A stretch of DNA of 64,000 nt, taken from the NCBI GenBank assembly GCA_019244185.1, contig JAFATB010000018.1:128001-192000 (forward strand), written 5' to 3'. Positions 25,413 to 35,921 of this stretch are shown one piece after another. The translations under genes and the position numbers were made by a program. The notes below the pieces were generated by a model, which was given only the letters and a program-made list of their open reading frames with translations, did no database searches and was not told the origin of the DNA. Each line of letters starts with the position of its first letter. The stretch's first letter is position 1. The stretch comes from Acidobacteriota bacterium (GTDB taxonomy: Bacteria; Acidobacteriota; Thermoanaerobaculia; Gp7-AA8).

Positions 25413-25790
25413 TTACGACACGAGTTGCGGCCGCGGCGCGTGTTCGAGCGAGGCCGGCAGCTTCTGCGCGCAGCAGGCCTTCTGCAGCGCGAGGCGGTCG
25501 CGCTGCATCTGCCGTTCGTTGGCGATCGCGGCCAGCGTCGCGTCGAGCACCGCCGCCGCATTCGCGTCCGCCGGCTTGTTGAGGCTGTAGTGAATCCACT
25601 TCCCGTCGCGGCGCGCGCGTACGACGCCGGCGCGGCGGAGATACGCGAGGTGCCGCGAGATCTTCGGCTGCGTCTCGCCGAGGATCTCGACGAAATAGCA
25701 GACGCAGACCTCGCCGCATTGCAGGAGGTTCAGCAGCCGCAGCCGCGTCGGATCGGCCAGCGCCGAAAAGAGGATGACGAAGTCGCCCAC
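25413..25790 (-). CDS. ArsR/SmtB family metalloregulator
   Basis: FSALADPTRLRLL, EVCVC, QPKISRHLAYLR, RRDGKWIHY; C-terminal CC pair. GTG start 6 nt after TATACT. Confidence 0.9.
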   Translation of the reverse strand: MGDFVILFSALADPTRLRLLNLLQCGEVCVCYFVEILGETQPKISRHLAYLRRAGVVRARRDGKWIHYSLNKPADANAAAVLDATLAAIANERQMQRDRLALQKACCAQKLPASLEHAPRPQLVS

Positions 25791-25796
25791 GTGCGC

Positions 25797-25825
25797 AGTA
25801 TATACATGCGCGCGCGCGAATTTAT
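25797..25825 (-). promoter_or_regulatory. arsR promoter -10 (TATACT) with overlapping imperfect inverted repeat (probable ArsR operator)
   Basis: ATACATGCG-N6-CGAATTTAT at 25802-25825 is 7/9 palindromic and abuts TATACT at 25802-25797. Confidence 0.6.
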
Positions 25826-25834
25826 GCCGTCGCG

Positions 25835-27064
25835 CTACTCGTAGCGCAGCGCGTCGATCGGATCGAGCCGCGCCGCTTTGCGCGCGGGATAGAAGCCGAA
25901 GAAGATGCCGACCGTCGCGGCCACGCCGAACGAGAGCAGGATCGCGGTCGGGCTGACGACGATCGGCCAGTGCGCGATTTTGCCGATGCCGGTCGCGACG
26001 CCGACGCCGACGAGCACGCCGATGAGGCCGCCGAGTACCGAGAGCGTCACGGCCTCGAAGAGGAACTGCAGCAGCACGTGGCGGCCGCGCGCGCCGATGG
26101 CCATGCGGATGCCGATCTCGCGCGTGCGCTCGGTGACGCTGACCAGCATGATGTTCATGATGCCGATGCCGCCGACGGCGAGCGAGACGATGGCGATGCC
26201 GAGGAGCAGGTTGCGCATCAGCTGCACCTGCTGCTGATTCGCCTGCGCGATCTCTTCCTGCGAGCGCAGCATGAAGTCGGCGTCGCCGCCGGGAGGAATG
26301 CGGTGGCGCTGGCGGAGGATTGCGTCGATCTGATCGAGCGCCTCGCCGACCTGCTCGGCCGACGACGCCGACGCGATGATGCCGCCGAGCTTCTGCTGGC
26401 CCATCAGCCGCTTCATCGCGGTGGTGTAGGGGATCACGACGGTGTCGTCCTGATCGCTTCCCATCATGCTGCCGCCTTTTTTCTCGAGCACGCCGACGAC
26501 GCGGAACGGAACGTTCTTCACGCGCACGACGGAGCCGACGGCGTCGCCGTTCGGAAAGAGGTTGTCGGCGACGGTCTTGCCGAGGACGAGCACTTTCGCG
26601 CCGGAACGAACGTCGCCATCGGTGAAGAACGCGCCCTGCTCGACGTTCCACGAGCGAATGTTCGGCCAGTCGACGTCGACGCCCTGGATCTGCGTCGACC
26701 AGTTGAGCTCACCCGCGACGAGTTGCGCGGCGGTGCGCAGGTTCGGCGAGATGTACGCGAGCGCCGAAGCCTCGCGACGCAGCGCCTGCACGTCTTCCTC
26801 GGTGAGCGTCGACTGGCCGGTGAAGATGCGCGCGCCGCTCTGCGTCGCGGCGCCGGGCATGATCATGATGAAGTTCGAGCCGAGGGAGTTGATCATCTCG
26901 GAGACCGACTGCGCGACGCCCGCGCCGATGGCAACCGAAACGATCACGCACGCGACGCCGATGACGACGCCGAGCGCGGTGAGCAGCGAGCGCATCTTGT
27001 TGCGCGCGATCGACTTCAAACCGACGATGGTGATGTTGCCGAGGCGAACGAACGAGTTGCGCAT
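25835..27064 (-). CDS. MacB/FtsX-like ABC transporter permease
   Basis: RSLLTALGVVIGV, GGIGIMNIMLVSVTERTREIGIRMAIGA and PIDALRYE motifs. Confidence 0.95.
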   Translation of the reverse strand: MRNSFVRLGNITIVGLKSIARNKMRSLLTALGVVIGVACVIVSVAIGAGVAQSVSEMINSLGSNFIMIMPGAATQSGARIFTGQSTLTEEDVQALRREASALAYISPNLRTAAQLVAGELNWSTQIQGVDVDWPNIRSWNVEQGAFFTDGDVRSGAKVLVLGKTVADNLFPNGDAVGSVVRVKNVPFRVVGVLEKKGGSMMGSDQDDTVVIPYTTAMKRLMGQQKLGGIIASASSAEQVGEALDQIDAILRQRHRIPPGGDADFMLRSQEEIAQANQQQVQLMRNLLLGIAIVSLAVGGIGIMNIMLVSVTERTREIGIRMAIGARGRHVLLQFLFEAVTLSVLGGLIGVLVGVGVATGIGKIAHWPIVVSPTAILLSFGVAATVGIFFGFYPARKAARLDPIDALRYE

Positions 27065-27076
27065 GACGGTTCTCCG

Positions 27077-27826
27077 CTATCTCACTACAGGCGCGACCGG
27101 CGCCGCGATTCCCTGACGCTGCACGCGCAGCTGCTCGACGCGCTCGTCCTGCTGGATGAGACCGTCGCGCACGTGCACGATGCGCTTCGCGTACTGCGCG
27201 ATGTCCGGCTCGTGCGTGATGAGCACGACCGTTTTGCCGCTGTCGTTGAGCTCCTGAAAGATGCCCATGATCTCGACGGACGTGCGCGAGTCGAGGTTGC
27301 CGGTCGGCTCGTCCGCGAGCAGGATGGCCGGATTCGTGACGAGCGCGCGGGCGATGGCGACGCGCTGCTGCTGTCCGCCGGAGAGCTGCGACGGATAGTT
27401 GCCCTCGCGGCCTTTGAGACCGACGCGGTAGAGCGCGTCGAGCGCGAGGTCGCGGCGCGAGCGGCGCGAGCCGGTGTTGTCGCTGTAGAGCATCGGCAGC
27501 TCGACGTTCTCGAGCGCGGACGTGCGGGCGAGCAGGTTGAAGCTCTGGAAGACGAAGCCGATCTTCGCATTGCGAATGATCGCGCGCTGGTCGCGGCTGA
27601 GCTCCGAGACATTCGCGCCGTCGAGCACGTACGTGCCGCTGGTCGGGCGATCGAGGCAGCCGATGATGTTCATCAGCGTCGACTTGCCCGAGCCCGACGG
27701 ACCCATGATGGCGATGAACTCGCCCGCGTCGACGACGAGATTGACGCCGTCGAGCGCGCGGACCTCGACCTCGCCAAGACGATAGATCTTGACGAGGTCC
27801 TTGATCTCGATGACGTGGGACGCCAT
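27077..27826 (-). CDS. ABC transporter ATP-binding protein (MacB/LolD-like)
   Basis: [17 protein letters not shown] and [10 protein letters not shown] motifs. Confidence 0.95.
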   Translation of the reverse strand: MASHVIEIKDLVKIYRLGEVEVRALDGVNLVVDAGEFIAIMGPSGSGKSTLMNIIGCLDRPTSGTYVLDGANVSELSRDQRAIIRNAKIGFVFQSFNLLARTSALENVELPMLYSDNTGSRRSRRDLALDALYRVGLKGREGNYPSQLSGGQQQRVAIARALVTNPAILLADEPTGNLDSRTSVEIMGIFQELNDSGKTVVLITHEPDIAQYAKRIVHVRDGLIQQDERVEQLRVQRQGIAAPVAPVVR

Positions 27827-27831
27827 GACGG

Positions 27832-29094
27832 TCAACCTCTCCGGTTGCCGCCGCGTGGCGCGCCGCCGCCACCACCACCGCCGCCCATCGGCGGAGGTCC
27901 TTCGACCTTCGACGTGGCGAGACCGACGACGACCGCGTCGCCCTCATGCAACTCGCCGCTGAGGACCTGCGTGTAGCGGCCGTCGGTGATGCCGGTGCGG
28001 ATCGACACCGGCTTGAGCTTCTTCTCCGGCGTCGTGTCGAGGATGTAGACGGTCTGCTGTTTGCCGCCGCCCGCCGCGGCGCGTCCGCCGGGGAACTGCC
28101 GCGCGGCGCCCGCGAGTCCGCCGCCGCCGGTCTGCGCGGCGCGGCGCATGGCGTCGCCGCCGTTGCCGCTTGGGCCGCCACCGGCGTTGCCCGCGGTTTC
28201 TGTCGACGGTTTGAAGCGCAGCGCGGCGTTCGGCACGCGCAGCACGTTCTCGACGGTGGCCACATCGATGGTGACGTTCGCGGTCATCTTCGGCAGCAGC
28301 CGCTCCTCGGGATTCGCGACCTCGATGATGACGGGATACGTGACGACGTTCTGGTTGATCTGCGCGTTGTAGCGGATCTGTGCGATGCGTCCGCGGAACT
28401 CTTCTTCCGGATACGCGTCGACGGTGAAGCGCGCGACCTGGCCGACCTTGATGCGGCCGATGTCCGACTGATCGACGTCGGCCTGCAGCTGCATCTTGGT
28501 GAGGTCCTGCGCGATCTCGAAGAGCGTCGGCGCCTGGAACGATGCGGCGACGGTCTGGCCGATGTCGTACTTGCGGTCGACGACGACGCCGTCGATCGGC
28601 GAGACGATGCGCGTGTAGCGCACGTTCGTCTCCGCCTGGCGCAGCGCGGCGGCGGCCTGCGTCACCTGCGCGGCCGCGGCCTGGTACTGCGCGCGCGCGG
28701 AGTCGACGTCGGCCTGCGACGAGAGACCGGCGGACGAGAGGCGGCTGAGGCGGTCGTAGTTGATCTTCGCGTTGCTCGCCTCGACCTGCGCGCGCGTGAC
28801 GTCGGCGCGGCGTTGTTCGGCCTGTGCCTGCAGCGGCGCGGGATCGAGCTCGGCGATGAGCTGCCCGGTTTTCACGCGGCTCTTGAAGTCGGCGTGCAGC
28901 GCGGCGATGACGCCGGAGACCTGGCTGCCGACCTGCACGGTCGTGACGGCGGAGAGCGTGCCGGTCGCGGTCACGGTCATGGTGACGTTGCCGCGGTCCG
29001 CTTTCTCCGTTTTGTATTGTTCGTCTTTCTTGCCGCGTCCCTTGCAGTCGAGGAGCACGGCCACGAGAAGCAGTGTCGTCGTTGTACGTCGCAC
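27832..29094 (-). CDS. MacA-like periplasmic adaptor subunit
   Basis: TVTATGTL, VGSQVSG, SPIDGVV and GQTVAASFQAPTLF motifs. GTG start estimated (the ORF-track start overlaps bactofilin). Confidence 0.9.
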   Translation of the reverse strand: MRRTTTTLLLVAVLLDCKGRGKKDEQYKTEKADRGNVTMTVTATGTLSAVTTVQVGSQVSGVIAALHADFKSRVKTGQLIAELDPAPLQAQAEQRRADVTRAQVEASNAKINYDRLSRLSSAGLSSQADVDSARAQYQAAAAQVTQAAAALRQAETNVRYTRIVSPIDGVVVDRKYDIGQTVAASFQAPTLFEIAQDLTKMQLQADVDQSDIGRIKVGQVARFTVDAYPEEEFRGRIAQIRYNAQINQNVVTYPVIIEVANPEERLLPKMTANVTIDVATVENVLRVPNAALRFKPSTETAGNAGGGPSGNGGDAMRRAAQTGGGGLAGAARQFPGGRAAAGGGKQQTVYILDTTPEKKLKPVSIRTGITDGRYTQVLSGELHEGDAVVVGLATSKVEGPPPMGGGGGGGGAPRGGNRRG

Positions 29095-29236
29095 GTTTTG
29101 CTGGACCCTTTCGCAGTAGAGCGGCGGGAAGTCTATCGCGTCGCACAGCTGCGACGGGTGACCGCGTGTTTCGGTTTTGCGAACGGCCGCGGAGCGCATG
29201 CTATGCTTCCGCCCCCAGTCTGCGAGGTTCTCGAGC

Positions 29237-29662
29237 ATGGCCCTTTTCTCCTCGACCAAAGATCCCGCTCCGTCCCGTCCCGTCGTCGGCACCGCCACGC
29301 CCGCATCCCAGGGGCCGACCATGCTGGGACCGAACGTGATCATCGAGGGAACGGTCACGGGATCGGAGCCGGTCTTCGTGGAAGGGACCGTGCGCGGCAG
29401 GATTCATCTGTCGAGCGATCTGGTGGTCGGGACGAAGGCGCGCGTCGAGGCGACGGTGCACGCGCGCAACGTGACCATCGAAGGAAGACTGACCGGCGAC
29501 GTGAGCGCCGACGACCGCGTGGAGCTCGTCGCCAGCGCGACCGTCGACGGCAACATCAAGGCGCCGAAGATCGTCGTGGCCGAGGGCGCGAAGTTCCGCG
29601 GCTCGGTCGACATGGGCTCGCGCGTGCCGCGCGACGAGTCCGCCCCCGCAAAAACGAAGTAA
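29237..29662 (+). CDS. Bactofilin (polymer-forming cytoskeletal protein)
   Basis: Beta-helix repeats IIEGTVTG..VFVEGTVRGRI..VTIEGRLTGDV..AEGAKFRG. Confidence 0.9.
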   Translation: MALFSSTKDPAPSRPVVGTATPASQGPTMLGPNVIIEGTVTGSEPVFVEGTVRGRIHLSSDLVVGTKARVEATVHARNVTIEGRLTGDVSADDRVELVASATVDGNIKAPKIVVAEGAKFRGSVDMGSRVPRDESAPAKTK

Positions 29663-29692
29663 ACGCCCACCTCGAAACAAAGGAGCACGTTC

Positions 29693-31234
29693 ATGTCTGC
29701 AACCGCTACCACCTCGTTCGCGCAGGAGCGCGCCTTGCGCGAGCCGCGCGAATACTCGAACTACATCGACGGCGAATGGGTGAAGTCGTCGTCGGGCAAG
29801 GTCTTCGAGAACCGCAATCCGGCCAACGAAGACGATCTCGTCGGCACGTTCCAGGAGTCGAACGAAGACGATCTCAACGCCGCGGTCGACGCCGCGCATC
29901 GCGCGTACGACGCGTGGCGCCTCACGCCCGCGCCGAAGCGCGCCGAGTATCTTTATCGCGTCGGCGACATCCTCAAGCGCGACAAGGAAAAGATCGCGCG
30001 CGAGATGACCCGCGAGATGGGCAAGGTGCTCGACGAGACGAAAGGCGATGTGCAGGAAGCGATCGACATGGCCTTCCTCGCCGCCGGCGAAGGCCGCCGT
30101 CTCTTCGGCGTCACCACTCCTTCCGAGCTCTCGAACAAGTTCAACATGGCCGTGCGCATGCCCCTCGGCGTGGCCGGTCTCATCACGCCGTGGAACTTCC
30201 CGATCGCCATTCCGGCGTGGAAGGGCATGGCCGCGCTGATCTGCGGCAACACGGTCGTCATCAAGCCGGCCTCGCTCACGCCGCTGTCGGTGATCATGCT
30301 GGCCGAGGCGTTCGAGGAAGCGGGACTGCCGAAAGGCGTGTGGAACGTGGTGACCGGCGGCGGACGCGAAGTCGGCGATCCGATGACGCGCCACGAGAAG
30401 GTGAAGGTGATCTCGTTCACCGGCTCGACGCAGGTCGGCCGCGACATCTCGGTCGCGTGCGCGCCGTCGTTCAAGCACGTCCACCTGGAGATGGGCGGGA
30501 AGAACGTGATCATGGTGATGGACGACGCGGACGTCGACCTCGCCGTCGACGGCGCGCTGTGGGGCGCCTTCGGCACGGCCGGCCAGCGCTGCACCGCGGC
30601 CTCGCGCATCGTCGTGCACAAGAAGGTGTACGAGCAGTTTGTCGACAAGCTCGCCGGACGCGCGAAGAAGCTGCGCGTCGGCAACGGCCTCGACGCGAAC
30701 GTCGACATGGGACCGAACGTCTCCGCCTCGCAGTTGAAGACGGTCGAGTCGTACGTGCAGATCGGCAAGGACGAAGGCGCGACGTGCGTGGCCGGCGGCA
30801 GCGCGCTGCGCGACGGAGACTACGCGAAAGGCTTCTTCCACCAGCCGACCGTCTTCGCCGACGTGAAGCGCGACATGCGCATCGCGCAGGAAGAGATCTT
30901 CGGGCCGGTGACGGCGGTGATCCCGTGCGACTCGCTCGAAGACGCGATCGCGATCGGCAACGGCGTGCGCTACGGCCTCTCGTCGTCGATCTATACGCGC
31001 GACATCAACAAGGCGTTCGCCGCGATGCGCGACATGTACACCGGCATCTTCTACGTGAACGCGCCGACGATCGGCGCGGAAGTGCACCTGCCGTTCGGCG
31101 GCACGAAGGAAACCGGCAACGGCCACCGCGAAGCAGGCGTGGCCGGCATCGACGTGTTCTCGGAGTGGAAGTCGATCTACGTCGACTACTCGGGATCGCT
31201 GCAGAGGGCGCAGATTGATACGGAAGACATTTAG
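29693..31234 (+). CDS. Aldehyde dehydrogenase family protein
   Basis: ITPWNFP, FTGST, LEMGGKN, GQRCTA, EEIFGP and PFGG motifs. AAGGAG RBS. Confidence 0.95.
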   Translation: MSATATTSFAQERALREPREYSNYIDGEWVKSSSGKVFENRNPANEDDLVGTFQESNEDDLNAAVDAAHRAYDAWRLTPAPKRAEYLYRVGDILKRDKEKIAREMTREMGKVLDETKGDVQEAIDMAFLAAGEGRRLFGVTTPSELSNKFNMAVRMPLGVAGLITPWNFPIAIPAWKGMAALICGNTVVIKPASLTPLSVIMLAEAFEEAGLPKGVWNVVTGGGREVGDPMTRHEKVKVISFTGSTQVGRDISVACAPSFKHVHLEMGGKNVIMVMDDADVDLAVDGALWGAFGTAGQRCTAASRIVVHKKVYEQFVDKLAGRAKKLRVGNGLDANVDMGPNVSASQLKTVESYVQIGKDEGATCVAGGSALRDGDYAKGFFHQPTVFADVKRDMRIAQEEIFGPVTAVIPCDSLEDAIAIGNGVRYGLSSSIYTRDINKAFAAMRDMYTGIFYVNAPTIGAEVHLPFGGTKETGNGHREAGVAGIDVFSEWKSIYVDYSGSLQRAQIDTEDI

Positions 31235-32591
31235 CCTCGCCGCAACATTCATCTGCGCGGGCGCCCTGGCACTGCCGGCGCTCGCGCAGAGCGACGCCGA
31301 CCGCGCGATTGACTACGAGCTCGCGAACTCGCGCGCGTACGACACGCTCGAATACCTCACCGACAACATCGGCCCGCGCCTCTCCGGCTCGAAGGGCGCC
31401 GCGCTCGCGGTGACGTGGGCGACCAAGCAGTTGCGCGCGATGAAGCTCGACGACGTGCGCAACGAGCCGGTGATGGTGCCGCACTGGGTCCGCGGCGTGG
31501 AGCGCGCAACACTCGTTTCGCACAACGATCAGAAGATCGTGCTCACGGCTCTGGGCGGCAGCGTGGCCACGCCGGAGAACGGCATCACGGCGGACGTCGT
31601 CGAGGTGTCGTCGTTCGAGGAGCTCGATCGGCTCGGACGCAAGGTGGCCGGCAAGATCGTCTACTTCAACAATCCGATCGACATGTCGCTGGTCGAGAGC
31701 GGCCGTGCGTTCGACGCGTACAGCAAGGCGGTGGAGTTCCGCGGCGCGGGACCGTCGCACGCGGCGCAGTACGGCGCGGTCGCGGCGCTGATCCGCTCGG
31801 TCGCCTCGGCGTCGCTGCGCTCGCCGCACACCGGCTCGCTGCGCTACGACGAGAAGCAGCCGAAGATCCCGGGCGCCGCGCTCAGCGTCGAGGACGCGCT
31901 CCTCGTGCACCGGCTCCTCGCGAAGGGCGAGCGCGTGCGCATGCATCTCGTCCTCACGCCGCGCACGCTGCCCGACGCGCCGTCGTTCAACGTGGTCGCC
32001 GAGATCCGCGGCAGCGAGCGGCCGAACGAGATCGTGCTCATCGGCGGACATCTCGACTCGTGGGATCTCGCCACCGGCGCGATCGACGACGGCTCCGGCG
32101 CCGCGATGTGCATCGAGACGATGCGCGTGCTCAAGGAGCTCGGCATCAAGCCGAAGCGCACCATCCGCGCGGTGCTGTTCATGAACGAGGAAAACGGCCT
32201 GCGCGGCGGCCACGCGTATTTCGATGCGGCTGCGAAGCGCGAGGAGATCGCGAAACACGTCGCGGTGATCGAGACGGACGCGGGCGCGGCGACGCCGGTC
32301 GGCTTTACGACGACCCTCGAAGGCAGCGCGCTCGCGAACTTCACGCGCGCCGCGGCGCCGCTCAACCGCATCGCCGCGCCGCTGACGTGGGAGAGCTCGC
32401 GCCACACCGGCGCTGATACCTCGCCGCTCACCGACGCCGGCGTGACCGGCTTCGGCCTCACGCCCGACCCGCGGCATTACTTTGATTTCCATCATTCGCC
32501 CGCGGACACGCTGGACAAGGTCGATCCGCATCAGCTCGCGCAGAACACGGCGGCGATCGCGGGACTCGCGGTGTTGCTCGCGAATCAGTAG
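31215..32591 (+). CDS. M28 family secreted metallopeptidase (carboxypeptidase Q-like)
   Basis: Signal peptide, [26 protein letters not shown] and HHSPADT motifs. TTG start uncertain. Confidence 0.9.
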   Translation: MIRKTFSLAATFICAGALALPALAQSDADRAIDYELANSRAYDTLEYLTDNIGPRLSGSKGAALAVTWATKQLRAMKLDDVRNEPVMVPHWVRGVERATLVSHNDQKIVLTALGGSVATPENGITADVVEVSSFEELDRLGRKVAGKIVYFNNPIDMSLVESGRAFDAYSKAVEFRGAGPSHAAQYGAVAALIRSVASASLRSPHTGSLRYDEKQPKIPGAALSVEDALLVHRLLAKGERVRMHLVLTPRTLPDAPSFNVVAEIRGSERPNEIVLIGGHLDSWDLATGAIDDGSGAAMCIETMRVLKELGIKPKRTIRAVLFMNEENGLRGGHAYFDAAAKREEIAKHVAVIETDAGAATPVGFTTTLEGSALANFTRAAAPLNRIAAPLTWESSRHTGADTSPLTDAGVTGFGLTPDPRHYFDFHHSPADTLDKVDPHQLAQNTAAIAGLAVLLANQ

Positions 32592-32613
32592 CGTTCGAAT
32601 CAAGTTGCAAATG

Positions 32614-32642
32614 AAAAAGCCCGGCCTCGCGGCCGGGCTTTT
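32614..32642. terminator. Bidirectional intrinsic terminator
   Basis: AAAAGCCCGGCC-tcgc-GGCCGGGCTTTT between convergent genes. Confidence 0.85.
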
Positions 32643-32665
32643 CGTTGTGCGAGTCGTGTCGCGGA

Positions 32666-35600
32666 TCAGAAGCGCAGGCCGACCGCGAAGCGGTACGTGC
32701 GCGGGGTCTGGAAGCCCTCTTTCGTCACCGGCTTGCCGAAGTTCGGGCCGAGCTGGTAGTTGGCGTGCAGCGCCGTGCAGTCCGCCGCCGCCGCGCCCTG
32801 CGGGCACTCGATCGGCGTGTCGGTGTACGGGTTGAACGCGACGAGGCCGGACGCGGCGCCGTTGGTGCGGCGCGTGCGCACGGTCGTGTCGATGCGGCCG
32901 AGGAAGATGTCGTTCGCGTTGTCGGCGTTGAAGATGTTCAGCACCTGGCCTTGCGCGAAGAGCTCGACGCGGCTCACCGGGATGGAGAAGTTCAGCGCGA
33001 AGTCGGTGGCGCTCACGGCATCGGTGCGGAACTCGCCGCGCTTGCTGAAGTAGTAGTTGTGCTGGTTGCCGAGCTGCGAGAGCGTGTAGCCGGGATTCGC
33101 CGGCGAGCCGGTGAACGGCGTGTTGCGTCCCGATGCGTCGATCGTGCCGATGGCGGAGTACGCGCGGCCGGAGTCGTACGACTGGATCAGCGACGGCGTG
33201 AGCTTGGCGACGCCGAGGTTGAAGTCGTAGCCCGCCCACACGCGCGCGCGGTGGCGCTGGTCGCCTAGGAGATAGCCGCTCGGCTGGCGGTTCTCGTAGT
33301 TGAGGTACTCGGGATAGAACTGTCCGAACGTGTTCGTCACCGCCGCGGTGCCGTCGCCCTCGGGCACATCGTTGCCGGTGAGCTTCGACCACGTGTAGCC
33401 GCCGCCGAGGTTGAAGCGGTTCGGGCGCCAGTTGAACTGCAGCTGCGCGCCGCGGTACTTGCGCGAGAGGTTGTCGTCGTCGTTGACGAGGATTGCGCGG
33501 TCGCCGGTGACCGGCGCGCCGTTGACGGGATTGACGCCGGTGAACGTGCCGGTGCCGAGGTCGAGGCGCGTCGCGTAGAAGTCGTGCCAGTCGCGGTCGA
33601 TGAAGTCGACGCGCGCGTACGCACGCGGCGTGATCTGCGTGCCGAAGCCGAGCGCGATCTCACGCACGTACGGCGACGAGATCGGGCTGTCGACCTGCGT
33701 CGTGAGACCGGGGATCGTCGACGAGATGAGCGCGGCTGCGCGCTGGTTGGCGGTGAGGCTGTTGTACCAGTTGAAGAGGATCGCCAGCGCCTGCGGCGTC
33801 GCGACGAGCGAGCCCGCGGGCGTGCCGGCGGGATTCACGACCGGACCGCCGTACGCGAAGTTGAACGCGGCGGGGTTGCCGGCACCGGCCGCGCCGCCGC
33901 CGACGTTGCCGTCGACGATCTTCGAGACGTAATGGCTGTAGCTCGCGCTGACGCGGTACTTGCCGTCGCCGGTGACGTCGAAGATCGCGCCGAGGCGCGG
34001 GCTGAACGCGCTGTCGTCGGAGACGACGTTGCCGCTCGCGTCGACGGCGTTGTTTTTGTCGTAGCGCACGCCGACGTTGAAGCTCCAGTGCTTGTTGAAG
34101 TCCCACTTGTCGTTGATGAACGCGGAGCGGGTCTTGAGGTCGCTGCCGTTCGAGAGCGCGAGGATCGGACGGTACGTGACCACGGTCGCGCCGTCGAAGC
34201 GCGGGAAGATCTGGTCGGTCGACGTGCCGGTCATGATGGCCGTACCGGTGCTCGTGATCTGGTACTGGCTGGCGGACTGGTAATTGTTGACGAGGCGCGT
34301 CTCGTGGTACTGCTCGCCGCCGAAGACGACGCTGTGCGTGCCCATCGCCTTCGTGTTCACGAAGTACGTGGCCTTCGCAACGGCAGAGTCGTTGTCGCGG
34401 CGCTCCGGCGTGCAGACGCCGCAGAACACCGGCGCGTTCCAGCGCGCGTTGGTGTCGGCGACCCACGTGCCGCGGATCTGGTCGGTGTAGATGCCGCCGC
34501 TGTGCACGAACGCGTACTTCTTGCGCGAGTACTGCCCTTCGATGAGCAGGTTGTTGGTGATGACGCCGTTGTAGCTCGCCGCGGCGAGCGAGTTCGGGAG
34601 CTCGCGCGCGGCGACGATGCTTTGCTGGTCGTAGATCGGCGCGAAGAAGTTGTTCGACTCGGTGGTGTTGACGTCGAGATACGAGAGCACGACGGAGTGC
34701 TGCGGCAGAATCTGCGCGGTGAGCTTGCCTTCCCAGCGCTTCTCGTCGAGCGTGTTGAGGAAGGTCATCGGCGAGACGGACGCGCTGGAGGAGACGGTCG
34801 AGCCGGTCGGGTCGATGCCGACGGCGGGCGCGCCCGAGGCCTTGCGGCCGGCGCCGAAGAACCAGAGGCGGTCGCGCAACGCGAAGCCGCCGAGCGTGCC
34901 TTCGTAGACGCTGAGGTTCTTGTCGATGTGATCGGCGGTCTCGATCGGCGTCTTGGCGATCCACGACGCGTTGTTGAGCGTGTCGCGGAACGAGCCGCTG
35001 AACTGGTTTCCGCCCGACTTCGTGATCGTGCTGACCACGCCGCCGCCGAAGCGGCCGTATTCGGCGGAGACCGCGCCGGTGAGCACGGTGGTCTCCTGGA
35101 TGGCGTCCTCGATGAAGAGGTTGTGCGGCTGGCCGCGCAGGTTCTCGTTGACGGTAACGCCGTTAACCAGGAAGAGGTTGTCGTACGACGTGCCGCCCGA
35201 GATCATGATGTTGTCACGCGCGCCGTTGTTGTTGACGCCAGGCGTGAGCACGACCGTGTCGGTGATGTTGCGGCGCACGGGGAGGAGTGAGATCTGCTCG
35301 GCCGTGTAGTTGCGCGCGATGTCGGTCGTCTCGAGGACGGCCGGCGCGGAGGCGGTGACGGTGATGGCCTCGCTGACGGAGCTGACTTTCAGATCGGCGT
35401 CCGCGCTGGCGTCGCTGGCCAGCGTCACCGTGACCTGCTTCGTCACGCGCTGCATCCCCTCGAGATCGAAGGTGACGCTGTACGGACCGGGAGGCACGGC
35501 CGGGAAGCGGTAGCCGCCGCCCTCGCCGGTGGTCGCGGTGCGCGTGCCCTGCAGGACGGGCGAGGCGATGGTCACCGTCACGCCGGGCAGCGGCTTGCCG

Positions 35601-35698
35601 TCCGTGGTGACGGTGCCGCCGAGGGAACCGGTGGTGCCCTGGCCGAACAAAGGAATTGCAAGCAACAGCGTGCAGAAAAGAATGGAAGCCCTACGCAT
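32666..35698 (-). CDS. Oar-like TonB-dependent outer membrane receptor with carboxypeptidase-regulatory-like N-terminal domain
   Basis: Signal peptide, LPGVTVT, plug SAEYGRFGGGVVSTITKSG, beta-barrel strands, C-terminal ...GLRF. GAGGAG RBS. Confidence 0.92.
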   Translation of the reverse strand: MRRASILFCTLLLAIPLFGQGTTGSLGGTVTTDGKPLPGVTVTIASPVLQGTRTATTGEGGGYRFPAVPPGPYSVTFDLEGMQRVTKQVTVTLASDASADADLKVSSVSEAITVTASAPAVLETTDIARNYTAEQISLLPVRRNITDTVVLTPGVNNNGARDNIMISGGTSYDNLFLVNGVTVNENLRGQPHNLFIEDAIQETTVLTGAVSAEYGRFGGGVVSTITKSGGNQFSGSFRDTLNNASWIAKTPIETADHIDKNLSVYEGTLGGFALRDRLWFFGAGRKASGAPAVGIDPTGSTVSSSASVSPMTFLNTLDEKRWEGKLTAQILPQHSVVLSYLDVNTTESNNFFAPIYDQQSIVAARELPNSLAAASYNGVITNNLLIEGQYSRKKYAFVHSGGIYTDQIRGTWVADTNARWNAPVFCGVCTPERRDNDSAVAKATYFVNTKAMGTHSVVFGGEQYHETRLVNNYQSASQYQITSTGTAIMTGTSTDQIFPRFDGATVVTYRPILALSNGSDLKTRSAFINDKWDFNKHWSFNVGVRYDKNNAVDASGNVVSDDSAFSPRLGAIFDVTGDGKYRVSASYSHYVSKIVDGNVGGGAAGAGNPAAFNFAYGGPVVNPAGTPAGSLVATPQALAILFNWYNSLTANQRAAALISSTIPGLTTQVDSPISSPYVREIALGFGTQITPRAYARVDFIDRDWHDFYATRLDLGTGTFTGVNPVNGAPVTGDRAILVNDDDNLSRKYRGAQLQFNWRPNRFNLGGGYTWSKLTGNDVPEGDGTAAVTNTFGQFYPEYLNYENRQPSGYLLGDQRHRARVWAGYDFNLGVAKLTPSLIQSYDSGRAYSAIGTIDASGRNTPFTGSPANPGYTLSQLGNQHNYYFSKRGEFRTDAVSATDFALNFSIPVSRVELFAQGQVLNIFNADNANDIFLGRIDTTVRTRRTNGAASGLVAFNPYTDTPIECPQGAAAADCTALHANYQLGPNFGKPVTKEGFQTPRTYRFAVGLRF

Positions 35699-35921
35699 CT
35701 CTCCTCCTCAAGAAAAGGGGTTAGGGGCACCTGACTTGGACGATGGCGCTGATGGTCGCACAAATCCGGCCGGAAGTAACGAAACAGTCACAATTCCGGG
35801 CCGGCATGCCGCGCCGAACGATAGAAGGGCAGCCGCACGTGCGGATAGGCTGTGCCCTTAGCGCAGTCGGCCGCGCCGACCGGCCGCCCCGGCCCGCCGG
35901 AGGCGCTCCGGGAATCCCGCG

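Noticed and set aside
35699-35921. Riboswitch upstream of the TonB-dependent receptor
   Set aside because: No cobalamin, TPP or other recognisable consensus. An Rfam search would be needed to exclude it.
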